This document shows, piece by piece, positions 1 to 9,009 of a DNA stretch of 64,000 bases (the stretch's first letter is position 1; the number at the start of each line of letters is the position of its first letter). The notes beneath the pieces were generated by a model. That model made no database searches. It was given only the letters and a program-made list of their open reading frames with translations, and was not told the DNA's origin. A program made the translations under genes and the position numbers. Source of the DNA: an uncultured Candidatus Saccharibacteria bacterium (GTDB lineage Bacteria > Patescibacteriota > Minisyncoccia > 2-02-FULL-40-12 > GWA2-44-9); the NCBI GenBank assembly GCA_964491455.1, contig CAZBFM010000001.1:279425-343424 (forward strand). Direction: 5' to 3'.

Positions 1-752
1 GGCTTCCACGTAGTATCAGTAGCCTTGTCGGCGAGAAAGACGCCCAGCGTATCAATCTGCTCTTGGACGCTCGATTGCGCATCAATCTTCACATCATACC
101 CCTCGATGACCCGGACCGTCATGTCACCAGGTGCTTCCTTTGGAAATGTAATAGTGAGCGGGTGCAGGCCGACAGAAGGAAGATCCCTCTTAACCGTCAC
201 CACGGCGTGAAATTCCCGCTGATAGTCCTTTTCCACGAGATCTCGAAGATCCTCCACAAAGAGAAGCAACGGCCCGCGTGACGGGAGCGCCTCGCCCCAT
301 CGCGCACCTGATTCATCGAAATATTGGCATCGTGCCGGCTCACACCAGGTCCCGATGGCAGCACGCTCCTGGAGCTCAACCTCCAACGTGTGAGGATATC
401 CTTTTTTCACAGACATCTCTTGTATGATAGGAAATTTCTCACGTAGAAATTGATCAACGCGCGCTGTATTCAGAAAGATGATGTTGCGCGTCGGACGCAG
501 AATGCCGAGCGCTCGCCGCCCAAAGAGCTCATCGAGAGCAGTGTGCACGCCTGTCCTCACAACATCCGACCCGCCCTCGATGGTAATGCTCGTGACGGCA
601 AACACACTCGCTCCAAAGAGTAGCCAGGTGCCAAGGACGACAGTAATAACCGCCGCAACCCCGATGATTGACGCGCGTATTCGTTTTGCTCGCCGATGTG
701 CCCGTGCAATTGCATTGGGAGGCACCTGCGCATTTCGTATCGTGACTGCCAT
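1..752 (-). CDS. Partial gene (3' end lies beyond window start). FtsQ/DivIB-like cell-division protein with a short cytoplasmic N-terminus, one TM helix and a POTRA-like domain.
   Basis: My own translation of the minus strand from ATG at 750-752 runs with no stop to position 1 (MAVTIRNAQVPPNAIARAHRRAKRIRASIIGVAAVITVVLGTWLLFGASVFAVTSITIEGGSDVV...). It is missing from the supplied ORF track because there is no in-window stop. The layout is a basic N-terminus, a single TM, then a VTSITIEGG-type POTRA start. Confidence 0.4.
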   Translation of the reverse strand, partial: MAVTIRNAQVPPNAIARAHRRAKRIRASIIGVAAVITVVLGTWLLFGASVFAVTSITIEGGSDVVRTGVHTALDELFGRRALGILRPTRNIIFLNTARVDQFLREKFPIIQEMSVKKGYPHTLEVELQERAAIGTWCEPARCQYFDESGARWGEALPSRGPLLLFVEDLRDLVEKDYQREFHAVVTVKRDLPSVGLHPLTITFPKEAPGDMTVRVIEGYDVKIDAQSSVQEQIDTLGVFLADKATDTTWK

Positions 753-758
753 GCGGAA

Positions 759-2003
759 CTATCCTTTTATACTGGTCCTGCCGCCCATATAGGGACGAAG
801 CACCTCGGGGATCGTAATAGTGCCATCCTCATTTTGATATTGCTCAGCAATCACCAACGGCCAGCGCGCTGTATTTACGGCAGTACCATTCAGCGTATGA
901 ACAAAATCAGTGCCACCATCGGCCGTGCGATACCGAATGCGTAGCCTGCGGGCTTGGTAGTCGGTGCAATTACTCGAGCTGGTTATTTCCCCATATCCGT
1001 TCTTCATCACCATCCACGCCTCAACGTCATACTTTCGATACGCAGGACCGCCAAGATCTCCCGTCGGAATATCGATGACCCGATAAGCAAATCCGAGCCC
1101 CTCAGCGAGCTTACATTCAATGGCTTTCATTTCTTCATGAAGCGCTTCGCTTTGTTCAGGAGTGCAAAATGCAAACATTTCGAGCTTTGTGAATTGATGG
1201 ACTCGATAGAGACCCTTTGATTCTCGGCCATACGCCCCCGCTTCGGTTCGGAAGCAATGCGAGAGAGCGAGGTACTTCTTTGGCCCTGCAGAAAGATCGA
1301 GTATCTCATCGGCATGATAGCCTCCCATCGTAATTTCGGCAGTACCAATGAGCGATAGATCGGACTGCTCAATCGAATACACCTGCGTCTCTGGTCCACG
1401 CGGGTTAAAGCCGATGCCCGTAAGAATCTCATCTCGCGCGAGATCCGGCGTCTCCATGAGCTGATATCCAAATGGCGTCACAACGTCCATCGCGTAGTTC
1501 AATAGCGCATGATTGAGTCGGACCATGTCTCCTTGCACAAAATAGAACTTTGATCCTGCGACCTTTGTTGCACGGTCAAAATCAAGCAGTCCCTGCCCCA
1601 CAAGAAGCTCCTCGTGATCCTTCGGGGTAAACGCATACGTTGGGATGGTGCCACCTTCGAAGAGAGTCTCGAACGCCTCCTCCCCACCACGAGGACTGCT
1701 CGGATGTGTTTGATTAGGAACCTGCAACATGAGCACGTTGTACTCAGCCTCCGTCTCCGCTAGTTCTTTTTCGCAGGTGGTTATCGTTGTTCCGAGACTG
1801 CGAAGAGCCTCGATTTCCTCAGGGGATGGCTTGCTCTTTGAAGCTTCATTTCGCTTCGCTCGATATTCGCTGATTTGGGTAATCTTCGTTCGACGAGCGA
1901 CATCGAGTTCCAAAATCCGATCGATATCGACGCGAACATTGCGAACCGAGCAATTCTCTTTCACCTCATCTACATGTGACCGAATGTAATCAATATCAAG
2001 CAT
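759..2003 (-). CDS. serS: Seryl-tRNA synthetase
   Basis: 414 aa. N-terminal coiled-coil arm and class II core (…GYHADEILDL…, C-terminal motif-3-like region). Typical size. Confidence 0.9.
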   Translation of the reverse strand: MLDIDYIRSHVDEVKENCSVRNVRVDIDRILELDVARRTKITQISEYRAKRNEASKSKPSPEEIEALRSLGTTITTCEKELAETEAEYNVLMLQVPNQTHPSSPRGGEEAFETLFEGGTIPTYAFTPKDHEELLVGQGLLDFDRATKVAGSKFYFVQGDMVRLNHALLNYAMDVVTPFGYQLMETPDLARDEILTGIGFNPRGPETQVYSIEQSDLSLIGTAEITMGGYHADEILDLSAGPKKYLALSHCFRTEAGAYGRESKGLYRVHQFTKLEMFAFCTPEQSEALHEEMKAIECKLAEGLGFAYRVIDIPTGDLGGPAYRKYDVEAWMVMKNGYGEITSSSNCTDYQARRLRIRYRTADGGTDFVHTLNGTAVNTARWPLVIAEQYQNEDGTITIPEVLRPYMGGRTSIKG

Positions 2004-2005
2004 AA

Positions 2006-3463
2006 TTATTCTTTAGGACGAATTATCGGAAAGAAGGTCGTTTCACGGATTGGTCTATCGAGAAGGAAAGCAAATAATCGTTCTGAGAACGAAAATCCCG
2101 CTGTTGGTGGCATCGCAAGCTCCAATGTCGCGACGTAGTCCTCATCCATGCGCTGCGCCTCCTTGTCGCCTGCCTCACCAAGGCGCGCCTGCTCCACAAA
2201 ACGCTCCCGCTGATCCAAAGGATCATTGAGCTCAGAGAAACCTTTTCCAAGCTCGCTACCGCATGCAACAATTTGAAATCGCTCAACTCTCGTCGGATCG
2301 TTCGGGTATCGCTTTGCCAGAGGCTCAATGTCGACAGGAGGCAGCACGAGAAATCCCGGCTCGACGAGCTCAGGACGTACAGATTTCTTGAATATGATAT
2401 CGATGAGCCTCCCTCGGCCAGCATGTCGAGACGTATCAATACCTTGTTCCTGTGCATAGCTGATTAAATCCCTCTCCGTTGCAGTCGCTAAATCGAGACC
2501 GGTGTATTTCTGGAACACCTCGAAATAGTCGATTCGCTTCCAAGGTGAACCCCAATCAATCGTTTGTCCACGATAGGCATGCGTCAATGTTCCGAGCGTT
2601 GATTGGATAACGTGCTTAACAAGTCGCTCCACGAATTCCATGAGCTGCTCGTAATCGGTGTAGCTCCAATACATCTCCATAGTCGTGTAATCCTGTAGAT
2701 GCTCGCGGTCGATGCCCTCATTCCTAAATACACGTCCAATTTCGAACAACTTCTCAAATCCGCCAGTTATGAGCCGCTTCAGATTGAGCTCTGGTGCAAT
2801 GCGCAAGAACAGATCAATATCGAGCGCATTCATATGCGTTTGGAATGGTTCGGCATCGGCACCGCCCGGTATCAATTCTAGTATAGGAGTCTCGACTTCC
2901 ATACCACCTTCGTGTGTGAGAAATTCGCGCGTTGCCCTCCAAAATAGCGCCTTTTTTATAAACACCTCACGCTCCCCTTGTCTGGAAATAAAATCAGCAG
3001 CACGATTACGGAGTCGCTCTTCTGCATCTTCAATGCCGTGCCATTTTTCAGGTAATGGTCGAACGGACTTCGATAGCATACTCGCGCTGACAACCTGCAA
3101 GCTTCGTTCATTGCGTTTGGTCAAGAAGGCCACTCCTCTTGCCTCAATAATATCTCCGACATCAATAACAGATCCAAAAAAATCGTATGATGTGGCGTCC
3201 ATAGCATCGCGCTTCAACAAAAACTGAATCATCCCCGAACCATCGTCGATATCCAAGAAAAGCAATCCACCATGACCGCGCTGCGCGATGATTCGGCCGG
3301 CAAGCACAATCTCTTGTTGCGACTCAACGAACGAGTCAAAGGACTCGATAATTTGAGTAATTCTATGAGTTCTGCTTGAGCTTGATGGGTATGGATTTAC
3401 TCCAGCGTCACGCAAAAGCGACAACTTCTTGATGCGATCATTTCGAAATTCCTCAAGTGACAT
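2006..3463 (-). CDS. lysS: Lysyl-tRNA synthetase, class II
   Basis: 485 aa. N-terminal OB anticodon-binding domain and class II catalytic core (…FRNEGIDREHL…, …GGADAEPF…). Confidence 0.9.
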   Translation of the reverse strand: MSLEEFRNDRIKKLSLLRDAGVNPYPSSSSRTHRITQIIESFDSFVESQQEIVLAGRIIAQRGHGGLLFLDIDDGSGMIQFLLKRDAMDATSYDFFGSVIDVGDIIEARGVAFLTKRNERSLQVVSASMLSKSVRPLPEKWHGIEDAEERLRNRAADFISRQGEREVFIKKALFWRATREFLTHEGGMEVETPILELIPGGADAEPFQTHMNALDIDLFLRIAPELNLKRLITGGFEKLFEIGRVFRNEGIDREHLQDYTTMEMYWSYTDYEQLMEFVERLVKHVIQSTLGTLTHAYRGQTIDWGSPWKRIDYFEVFQKYTGLDLATATERDLISYAQEQGIDTSRHAGRGRLIDIIFKKSVRPELVEPGFLVLPPVDIEPLAKRYPNDPTRVERFQIVACGSELGKGFSELNDPLDQRERFVEQARLGEAGDKEAQRMDEDYVATLELAMPPTAGFSFSERLFAFLLDRPIRETTFFPIIRPKE

Positions 3464-3497
3464 AGTGTAATGATGATAGCAAACGCTGCAATAAATG

Positions 3498-3524
3498 AAA
3501 ACATCCCGATGTGAGGGATGTTTT
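3498..3524 (-). terminator. Rho-independent terminator downstream of greA
   Basis: Hairpin aaaaCATCCC-gatgtga-GGGATGtttt followed by a U-rich tract on the minus strand. It sits between the greA stop and the lysS start. Confidence 0.5.
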
Positions 3525-3535
3525 CAGATGACGCC

Positions 3536-3994
3536 CTATTTGACTTCGAGAACGTGATATTCAACTTCCCCTTTCGGTGTATGCACTTTAACGCGCTCGC
3601 CCTTCTTAGAACCTAAGAACGCGGAACCAAGAGGTGATTCATTACTGATCTTGCCATTGATGGGGTCTGCCTCTGACGCACCAACGATCATAAATTCGCG
3701 ATCCGAGCCTGATGACGATACACGAATATGGGACCCAACACTTACCACGCCAGCGACAGTTGGCTTTGAAATGAGGACGGCATTATCGAGAATGATTTTG
3801 AGCTCCTCAATTCTACCTTCATTCAGCGATTGAGCTTCTTTCGCCTCCGAATATTCTGCATTTTCGGAAAGGTCACCCTGCTCTTTTGCCTCTTTGATGC
3901 GCGCGCTAATATCGATTCGGAGTTGTCCGGTGCGATGTTCGTACTCCTGTTTTAATTTTTCAAGGCCTTCCTTGCTGAAATATTGTTCAACCAT
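3536..3994 (-). CDS. greA: Transcription elongation factor GreA
   Basis: 152 aa. N-terminal coiled coil (…EYEHRTGQLRIDISARIKEAKEQGDLSENAEY…) and C-terminal FKBP-like domain. Confidence 0.85.
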   Translation of the reverse strand: MVEQYFSKEGLEKLKQEYEHRTGQLRIDISARIKEAKEQGDLSENAEYSEAKEAQSLNEGRIEELKIILDNAVLISKPTVAGVVSVGSHIRVSSSGSDREFMIVGASEADPINGKISNESPLGSAFLGSKKGERVKVHTPKGEVEYHVLEVK

Positions 3995-4060
3995 GCTCTA
4001 TATGATTAGGATGAGGGACACTATAGCACAGCGCTCGGCTCTTCGCAAACCACCCAAGGG

Positions 4061-6133
4061 CTATGGCATAGATACCGGCGTTGGCACGGGAGGCGATGTT
4101 GGAGTCGGTGGAATTGGCGACGAAACAACCGCTCTCGAAGAACCAAAATACCAACTGAGGAAATTGTGGGCGGCACGAAGTGCGTAGCCCTGGTTGGACG
4201 CGGAACCCTCAATAAGCACCGTGAGGGCAATTTGTGGATTGTCCACGGGCGCAAACAGCGTAACCAGCGAGTTAATGCGCTTTCCCTTCACGACTTCCGC
4301 CGTACCAGTCTTCGCAGCTACCGCAACTGGTATATCCTGAAATATCTTCCCAGTACCTTCGGTAACGGTATGTCTCATCGCAACTCTCACTGCTTCGATG
4401 ACACTCGCCGAAAATGGTAGCATTCCAATCCGTTGTGGTGAATACACGGATACGGTCGACCTCTTCTCATCAACGATCCGATCAGCAAGGCGTGGCTTCC
4501 AAAGCGCACCGCCATTGGCAACAGCTGCTATATAGGTGTTAATCCACAGAGGCGTTACCGATAGGTCTCCTTGTCCGATCGAGATATTATACGTATCGCC
4601 TTGATACCACTGTTCTTTTTGTGTGCGATATTTCCACGCAGGAGATGGAACAAATCCACTCATTTCGCCCGGTATATCGATGCCAAGCACGGCATCCGCT
4701 TTTCCTTCTTTATAATAGTTCGTTAATTTCTCCGCGCCGAGCCCCACAAACGATCCATTGCCACCAGCAATTGTAAAGAAATAGATGTTGCACGAATCCG
4801 CGATAGCGCGATTTAAATCAAATGAGCCCGTATCCGGTCGCCAATTCTTGAACACATATGGGTCGTCAGGGTGTGCCGGATTCGGTATCGATATACTGAC
4901 GCATTGATTGGTCACTATTTGCTGAGGAGTCATTATTCCCTCTTGCAGGCCGACCATGCCGACGAATGGTTTAATCGTAGAACCAGGATTGTACGTTCCA
5001 CTAATAACACGATTAAACATCGGTCTACTCGTACTCAGGAATAATTTTCGGTAATCATCGGTGGATAGATACCCCGCACCGAATACGTTGTTGTCGTAGA
5101 ACGGAAAACTTACCATACCAAGAACAGAGCCGTCCCGAGGATCTTGTGCAATAGCCGCAGCCTCGGAGAGACCTGATTCTTGCAATATTTTATACACCGC
5201 GCTGAAGAGCTGTTTTTGAATATCTGCATCAACGGTAATCGCCAAGTTCTTCCCTGCGACCGCACCCTGCCCTCCCGATTGTGTGCTTGCATCAAAAATG
5301 ATCTGTCCATGCTCGCCGCGCAATATGTTTTCATACTCGGCTTCGATTCCTAATCGTCCGATTGTGTCTGACGGCAGATAATAGGGATCGCTCGTCATAT
5401 CTTGCTTGTTTACCTTGCCTACGTATCCAAGAATAGGTGAAAATTGTTGTCCATCAGTATATTGTCGCTTCGTATTTGTTATGACGGAAAAACCATCAGG
5501 CGTGCTGCCCGATAGCGCGAGCACTTGAGCGCGCGAGATGTCCGTCGCCAAAAAGAATACCGCTCCTTTTCGAATGCCATCCTCGATAGAAAGCGCCACT
5601 TGCTCAGCAGGAACTTCGAGCACATGCGAGAGAATATCTAATCCACTGATGGCTCCTGAATCATCGCGCTGTATACGCCTTGAAATAGCAATGAGATCGA
5701 AGCTAGGTACATTTTGAACAAGAGGGATGCCACCACGATCTAGAATTATCCCACGCGGTGGCGGCACCGTCACATTCACAGTTCGATTACGAAAACTGAT
5801 CAGTGAGAAGTAGTCGTATCGCCCAATCGATAATCTTCCATTCGAGAATATGAGAATGCCAACGAGAAACGCCACGGCAAGTGTGAGCGCGTGAAAAGCC
5901 CGATCAGACACGGGTATCTCGACCGTAGAATGCATACTATGCACATCTACGAGTGTTTCCTCGGGAGCGACCCAATCGTCGCGCTCAGGATTAACCCTGT
6001 ATTCGCGCCTTCTAAATATCATAGCTAGATTCCATATGATATCATGCGTCGGAACGGAATGTCGGACCAACGCATGGCGAGCAGCGAACATGATGAACTT
6101 ACCAGAAATACCCACAGCACGTCGCTCGTACAT
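4061..6133 (-). CDS. mrdA: Penicillin-binding protein 2 (class B transpeptidase)
   Basis: 690 aa. N-terminal TM, dimerisation domain and transpeptidase domain with SxxK (STIKP), SxN and KTG motifs. It follows mreBCD. The 5' end overlaps mreD by 109 nt, so the true start is probably a later Met. Confidence 0.8.
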   Translation of the reverse strand: MYERRAVGISGKFIMFAARHALVRHSVPTHDIIWNLAMIFRRREYRVNPERDDWVAPEETLVDVHSMHSTVEIPVSDRAFHALTLAVAFLVGILIFSNGRLSIGRYDYFSLISFRNRTVNVTVPPPRGIILDRGGIPLVQNVPSFDLIAISRRIQRDDSGAISGLDILSHVLEVPAEQVALSIEDGIRKGAVFFLATDISRAQVLALSGSTPDGFSVITNTKRQYTDGQQFSPILGYVGKVNKQDMTSDPYYLPSDTIGRLGIEAEYENILRGEHGQIIFDASTQSGGQGAVAGKNLAITVDADIQKQLFSAVYKILQESGLSEAAAIAQDPRDGSVLGMVSFPFYDNNVFGAGYLSTDDYRKLFLSTSRPMFNRVISGTYNPGSTIKPFVGMVGLQEGIMTPQQIVTNQCVSISIPNPAHPDDPYVFKNWRPDTGSFDLNRAIADSCNIYFFTIAGGNGSFVGLGAEKLTNYYKEGKADAVLGIDIPGEMSGFVPSPAWKYRTQKEQWYQGDTYNISIGQGDLSVTPLWINTYIAAVANGGALWKPRLADRIVDEKRSTVSVYSPQRIGMLPFSASVIEAVRVAMRHTVTEGTGKIFQDIPVAVAAKTGTAEVVKGKRINSLVTLFAPVDNPQIALTVLIEGSASNQGYALRAAHNFLSWYFGSSRAVVSSPIPPTPTSPPVPTPVSMP

Positions 6134-6564
6134 GCGCCACTGAAGTATAGCCCGAACATTGAAGGACCGTAGAGCACTCGATCGGATACAATACTACCCA
6201 GCAGGGTAAGCTCATAGATTACATATGCCACTGCCACGTTCATCGCAGCTGCACCAGGAGACCACCCACCCTGCAGCGCCCAAGCATCTACATGGATAAA
6301 ACGCTGCATGACTCGCACCAGGCCACCGACTGCCAATAATGACATAGAAATAACGCCAACGGGAAATCCATAAATCGCCTCAAAGAATACCGCACCGACG
6401 ACAAGAGTAAGCAGCCTATTTGTCGTTAACCCTCGATACACTAACCACGTACACGAAATGCTCACTATGACGTATGTCCCCACCGGATGCAGAAACGGAG
6501 AAAGTAGCGCACCTACCACAACACCGCTCCATGCTAACTTAGCGAATACGCGCGACAGCATCAT
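6025..6564 (-). CDS. mreD: Rod shape-determining protein MreD-like polytopic membrane protein
   Basis: 179 aa, about 5 TM helices. It sits between mreC and pbp2 with a 4-nt overlap with mreC. Confidence 0.45.
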   Translation of the reverse strand: MMLSRVFAKLAWSGVVVGALLSPFLHPVGTYVIVSISCTWLVYRGLTTNRLLTLVVGAVFFEAIYGFPVGVISMSLLAVGGLVRVMQRFIHVDAWALQGGWSPGAAAMNVAVAYVIYELTLLGSIVSDRVLYGPSMFGLYFSGACTSDVLWVFLVSSSCSLLAMRWSDIPFRRMISYGI

Positions 6565-7349
6565 GGTCTCAAGATGAACACGTCCCCTCGTACATTCGGA
6601 GCAACTGCAGGTGAGACGCGAATCGATTGAAATAATGTTACCGCTTCGCTATCCACGGAATGGACCGTTCCAATAACGATACCTTCTGGAAATCGATCAT
6701 CACCACTCGTGATCAACGAAGCACCCTGGACTATAGCTTCATCTTTTTGAACAAGATCGAGAATGATTTTATGAGGGCTCGTGGATCGTACTAAGCCCGC
6801 CACCTCGCTCTGAAATATTTTTGCCGTCACTTGAAAGCTCGCATCCCCGAGCGCAGTCACCATTGCATAATGGCCATACACGGCACCAATAGTGCCAATC
6901 AATTCATTGTGTGGCGTGACAACGATGTCGTCGACAGCAACGCCGTCATCGCTTCCCCGGTTGATAATTATTTCATTACGTCCTCCGGCACGAGCGTACG
7001 TGAAGACACTCCCCACTCCCAATGGTTGCGCATACCGCTCTCGTAGAACTATGGCATCGCGAAGATTCTTGATGGTACCTTCGAGCGCCTCTTCTCGGGC
7101 CTTCGCAGCAAGAAGATCGCGCCGTGCATCATCTAGTTCACGTCGCACCGTCGTGGCATCGAATCGCATCGTAAGGAGCGCAAGCAGCTGAGCGACTCGT
7201 GAATCACGCATGGAAAGATGGGAACCTACCGAACTCGACATCGCGGTTATCCAGGAGAATAGACGCCCACGTAAAAACCATGCGTTACAAACTACCGCAC
7301 CAACAAGTATCAGCATAGCGGCTGTTCGCAAAGAGGTGGATCGCGCCAT
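6561..7349 (-). CDS. mreC: Rod shape-determining protein MreC
   Basis: 262 aa. Signal-anchor TM, coiled coil (…DDARRDLLAAKAREEALEGTIKNLRD…) and C-terminal beta domain. Directly downstream of mreB. Confidence 0.7.
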   Translation of the reverse strand: MARSTSLRTAAMLILVGAVVCNAWFLRGRLFSWITAMSSSVGSHLSMRDSRVAQLLALLTMRFDATTVRRELDDARRDLLAAKAREEALEGTIKNLRDAIVLRERYAQPLGVGSVFTYARAGGRNEIIINRGSDDGVAVDDIVVTPHNELIGTIGAVYGHYAMVTALGDASFQVTAKIFQSEVAGLVRSTSPHKIILDLVQKDEAIVQGASLITSGDDRFPEGIVIGTVHSVDSEAVTLFQSIRVSPAVAPNVRGDVFILRP

Positions 7350-7355
7350 ATAACA

Positions 7356-8408
7356 TCATGAACGATACGACTCCTCCTGACGCGCCAAAAGTATAGGTCG
7401 TAGTTGTTCAAGATTTTCGAGCACCATGCCACACCCACGAACAACTGCAGTTAGCGGATCCGCAACCGGCTGAACGAGTAATTTTGTTTCTCGCGCTATA
7501 AGCGTATCAAGGCCTCGGATGAGAGCTCCTCCGCCCGCAATTGCTATGGGGCGGTTTATCAAATCAGCAGTGAGCTCTGGTGGCGTTTCCTCAATCGTGT
7601 TTCTCACGGCGCGCACGATGCTTTTTATAGAACGACTCATCGCACCGCGTATTTCCTGCGACGTGATCGATAGCTCCCGAGGCAGTCCCGACACGAGATC
7701 ACGTCCTCGCACCGGCAACTCCAGCTCCTCTTCCAGTGTCCATGCCGAGCCGAGGGACACTTTTACATTTTCACCCGTTGCTTCACCGATGAGTAAGTTT
7801 TTCTCTTCACGCAAAAAACGAATAATATCATCAGTTAGCTTATCTCCAGCGATTCGCAAAGAACGAGATGAAATCCGTCCTCCCATCGAGATAACGGCAA
7901 CCTCAGTCGTTCCACCTCCAATATCAACAATCACATTGGGTACTGCATCTTGGATCGGCAATCGCGCGCCGAGAGCAGCTGCCATTGGCTCCTCGATGAG
8001 ATACACCTCTCTGGCGCCAGCGTTATAGGTTGCGTCCTGCACAGCTCGTCGTTCAACCTCGGTAACCCCCGATGGGATTCCGATGACTACACGTGGTCGG
8101 GGCATAATCGACCACGCGCCCGTATGTACGCGATCGATAAAATACTTCAGCATCTGCTCAGTAACCTCGAAATCAGATACGACTCCGTTCACAAGCGGCC
8201 TCGTCACGGTTATGTGTCCCGGCGTCCTACCTATCATGCGACGAGCTTCAGTTCCAATGGCAAGTATCTTTCCCGTTTTTTGGTTAAGCGCCACGATGCT
8301 TGGCTCATTGATCACGATGCCCTTGTCGCGCACATACACAAGGGTGTTCGCAGTACCCAAATCAATACCAATGTCTTTTGACCACATTCCAAAGAGATTC
8401 TTGAACAT
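7356..8408 (-). CDS. mreB: Rod shape-determining actin-like protein MreB
   Basis: 350 aa. Actin-fold ATPase motifs (…IGIDLGTANT…, …DIGGGTTEVA…). Confidence 0.9.
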   Translation of the reverse strand: MFKNLFGMWSKDIGIDLGTANTLVYVRDKGIVINEPSIVALNQKTGKILAIGTEARRMIGRTPGHITVTRPLVNGVVSDFEVTEQMLKYFIDRVHTGAWSIMPRPRVVIGIPSGVTEVERRAVQDATYNAGAREVYLIEEPMAAALGARLPIQDAVPNVIVDIGGGTTEVAVISMGGRISSRSLRIAGDKLTDDIIRFLREEKNLLIGEATGENVKVSLGSAWTLEEELELPVRGRDLVSGLPRELSITSQEIRGAMSRSIKSIVRAVRNTIEETPPELTADLINRPIAIAGGGALIRGLDTLIARETKLLVQPVADPLTAVVRGCGMVLENLEQLRPILLARQEESYRS

Positions 8409-8502
8409 ATCGACACTGTACCCTACCAGAAAGTGGCCATCATCTAAAGTTGACTTTTGATGGTTTTAGCGTATATTCACACCTCAGCAGGAGGTATATT
8501 CA

Positions 8503-8973
8503 TTGACAACAGCAGGACCGGAACTGGAAGAATTCCAGCTTGGACCCGACATTGAATTCACCGAGCGTATGGCAGCATACTCGATGATCGAAACCACGGC
8601 ACTCATCGCGTGCATTTCGCTGATTCTCGCATACGCAGTAAGCGCCTCACTGCAATGGGTGACAGTAGGCTGCGGACTCATACTCCTCGTTCGTGAACTC
8701 TACCGACGGTCCCGACTTGATCACACAGCGAATCATCTGGTCAGAGCAAGGTTCCTGAGTAATCGGATATCGTTCTTTGGGGCGTTGTCCGGCCTAGGTC
8801 TTGCAAGTATGCAAGGTGAATTTAGACTGCCCTTCATACTAGCATGCGCCGTTCTCACATCGACCACCATTTTCTTGTTTGCGCAACGTGATCAGCGGAC
8901 GCGTATTACGCTATTGTACGCAATCCAAGTGGTTGGAACGTACCTACTTGTTAGCACTAGCACAAGCGCATAA
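8503..8973 (+). CDS. Hypothetical polytopic membrane protein (4-5 TM) on the opposite strand
   Basis: 156-aa ORF beginning with TTG at 8503, preceded by AGGAGG at 8489-8494. Hydrophobic segments throughout. Ends at a strong bidirectional terminator. Confidence 0.4.
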   Translation: MTTAGPELEEFQLGPDIEFTERMAAYSMIETTALIACISLILAYAVSASLQWVTVGCGLILLVRELYRRSRLDHTANHLVRARFLSNRISFFGALSGLGLASMQGEFRLPFILACAVLTSTTIFLFAQRDQRTRITLLYAIQVVGTYLLVSTSTSA

Positions 8974-8975
8974 AC

Positions 8976-9007
8976 AAACCCCGAGTTTCCTCGGGGTTTT
9001 TGTTTTC
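8976..9007. terminator. Bidirectional rho-independent terminator between the convergent 8503-8973 ORF and proS
   Basis: aaaCCCCGAG-tttc-CTCGGGGttttgtttt. GC-rich 7-bp stem with a U tract on both strands. Confidence 0.7.
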
Positions 9008-9009
9008 AA

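Noticed and set aside
2023-2457. 144-aa ORF antisense-overlapping/inside lysS (and similar shadow ORFs such as 7519-8028 in mreB, 43119-43889 in the M16 gene, 45872-46339 and 46219-46770 in the ATPase gene, 34708-35077 in the T4CP gene)
   Set aside because: They lie entirely within well-supported long genes in other frames. They have low-complexity, Arg/Ser-rich composition typical of GC-rich shadow frames, and no start context.
6025-6133. 109-nt overlap of mreD and pbp2 as a candidate programmed frameshift or fusion
   Set aside because: pbp2 has several in-frame Met codons downstream (for example MFAARH…) before its TM anchor. This is ordinary start-codon ambiguity.
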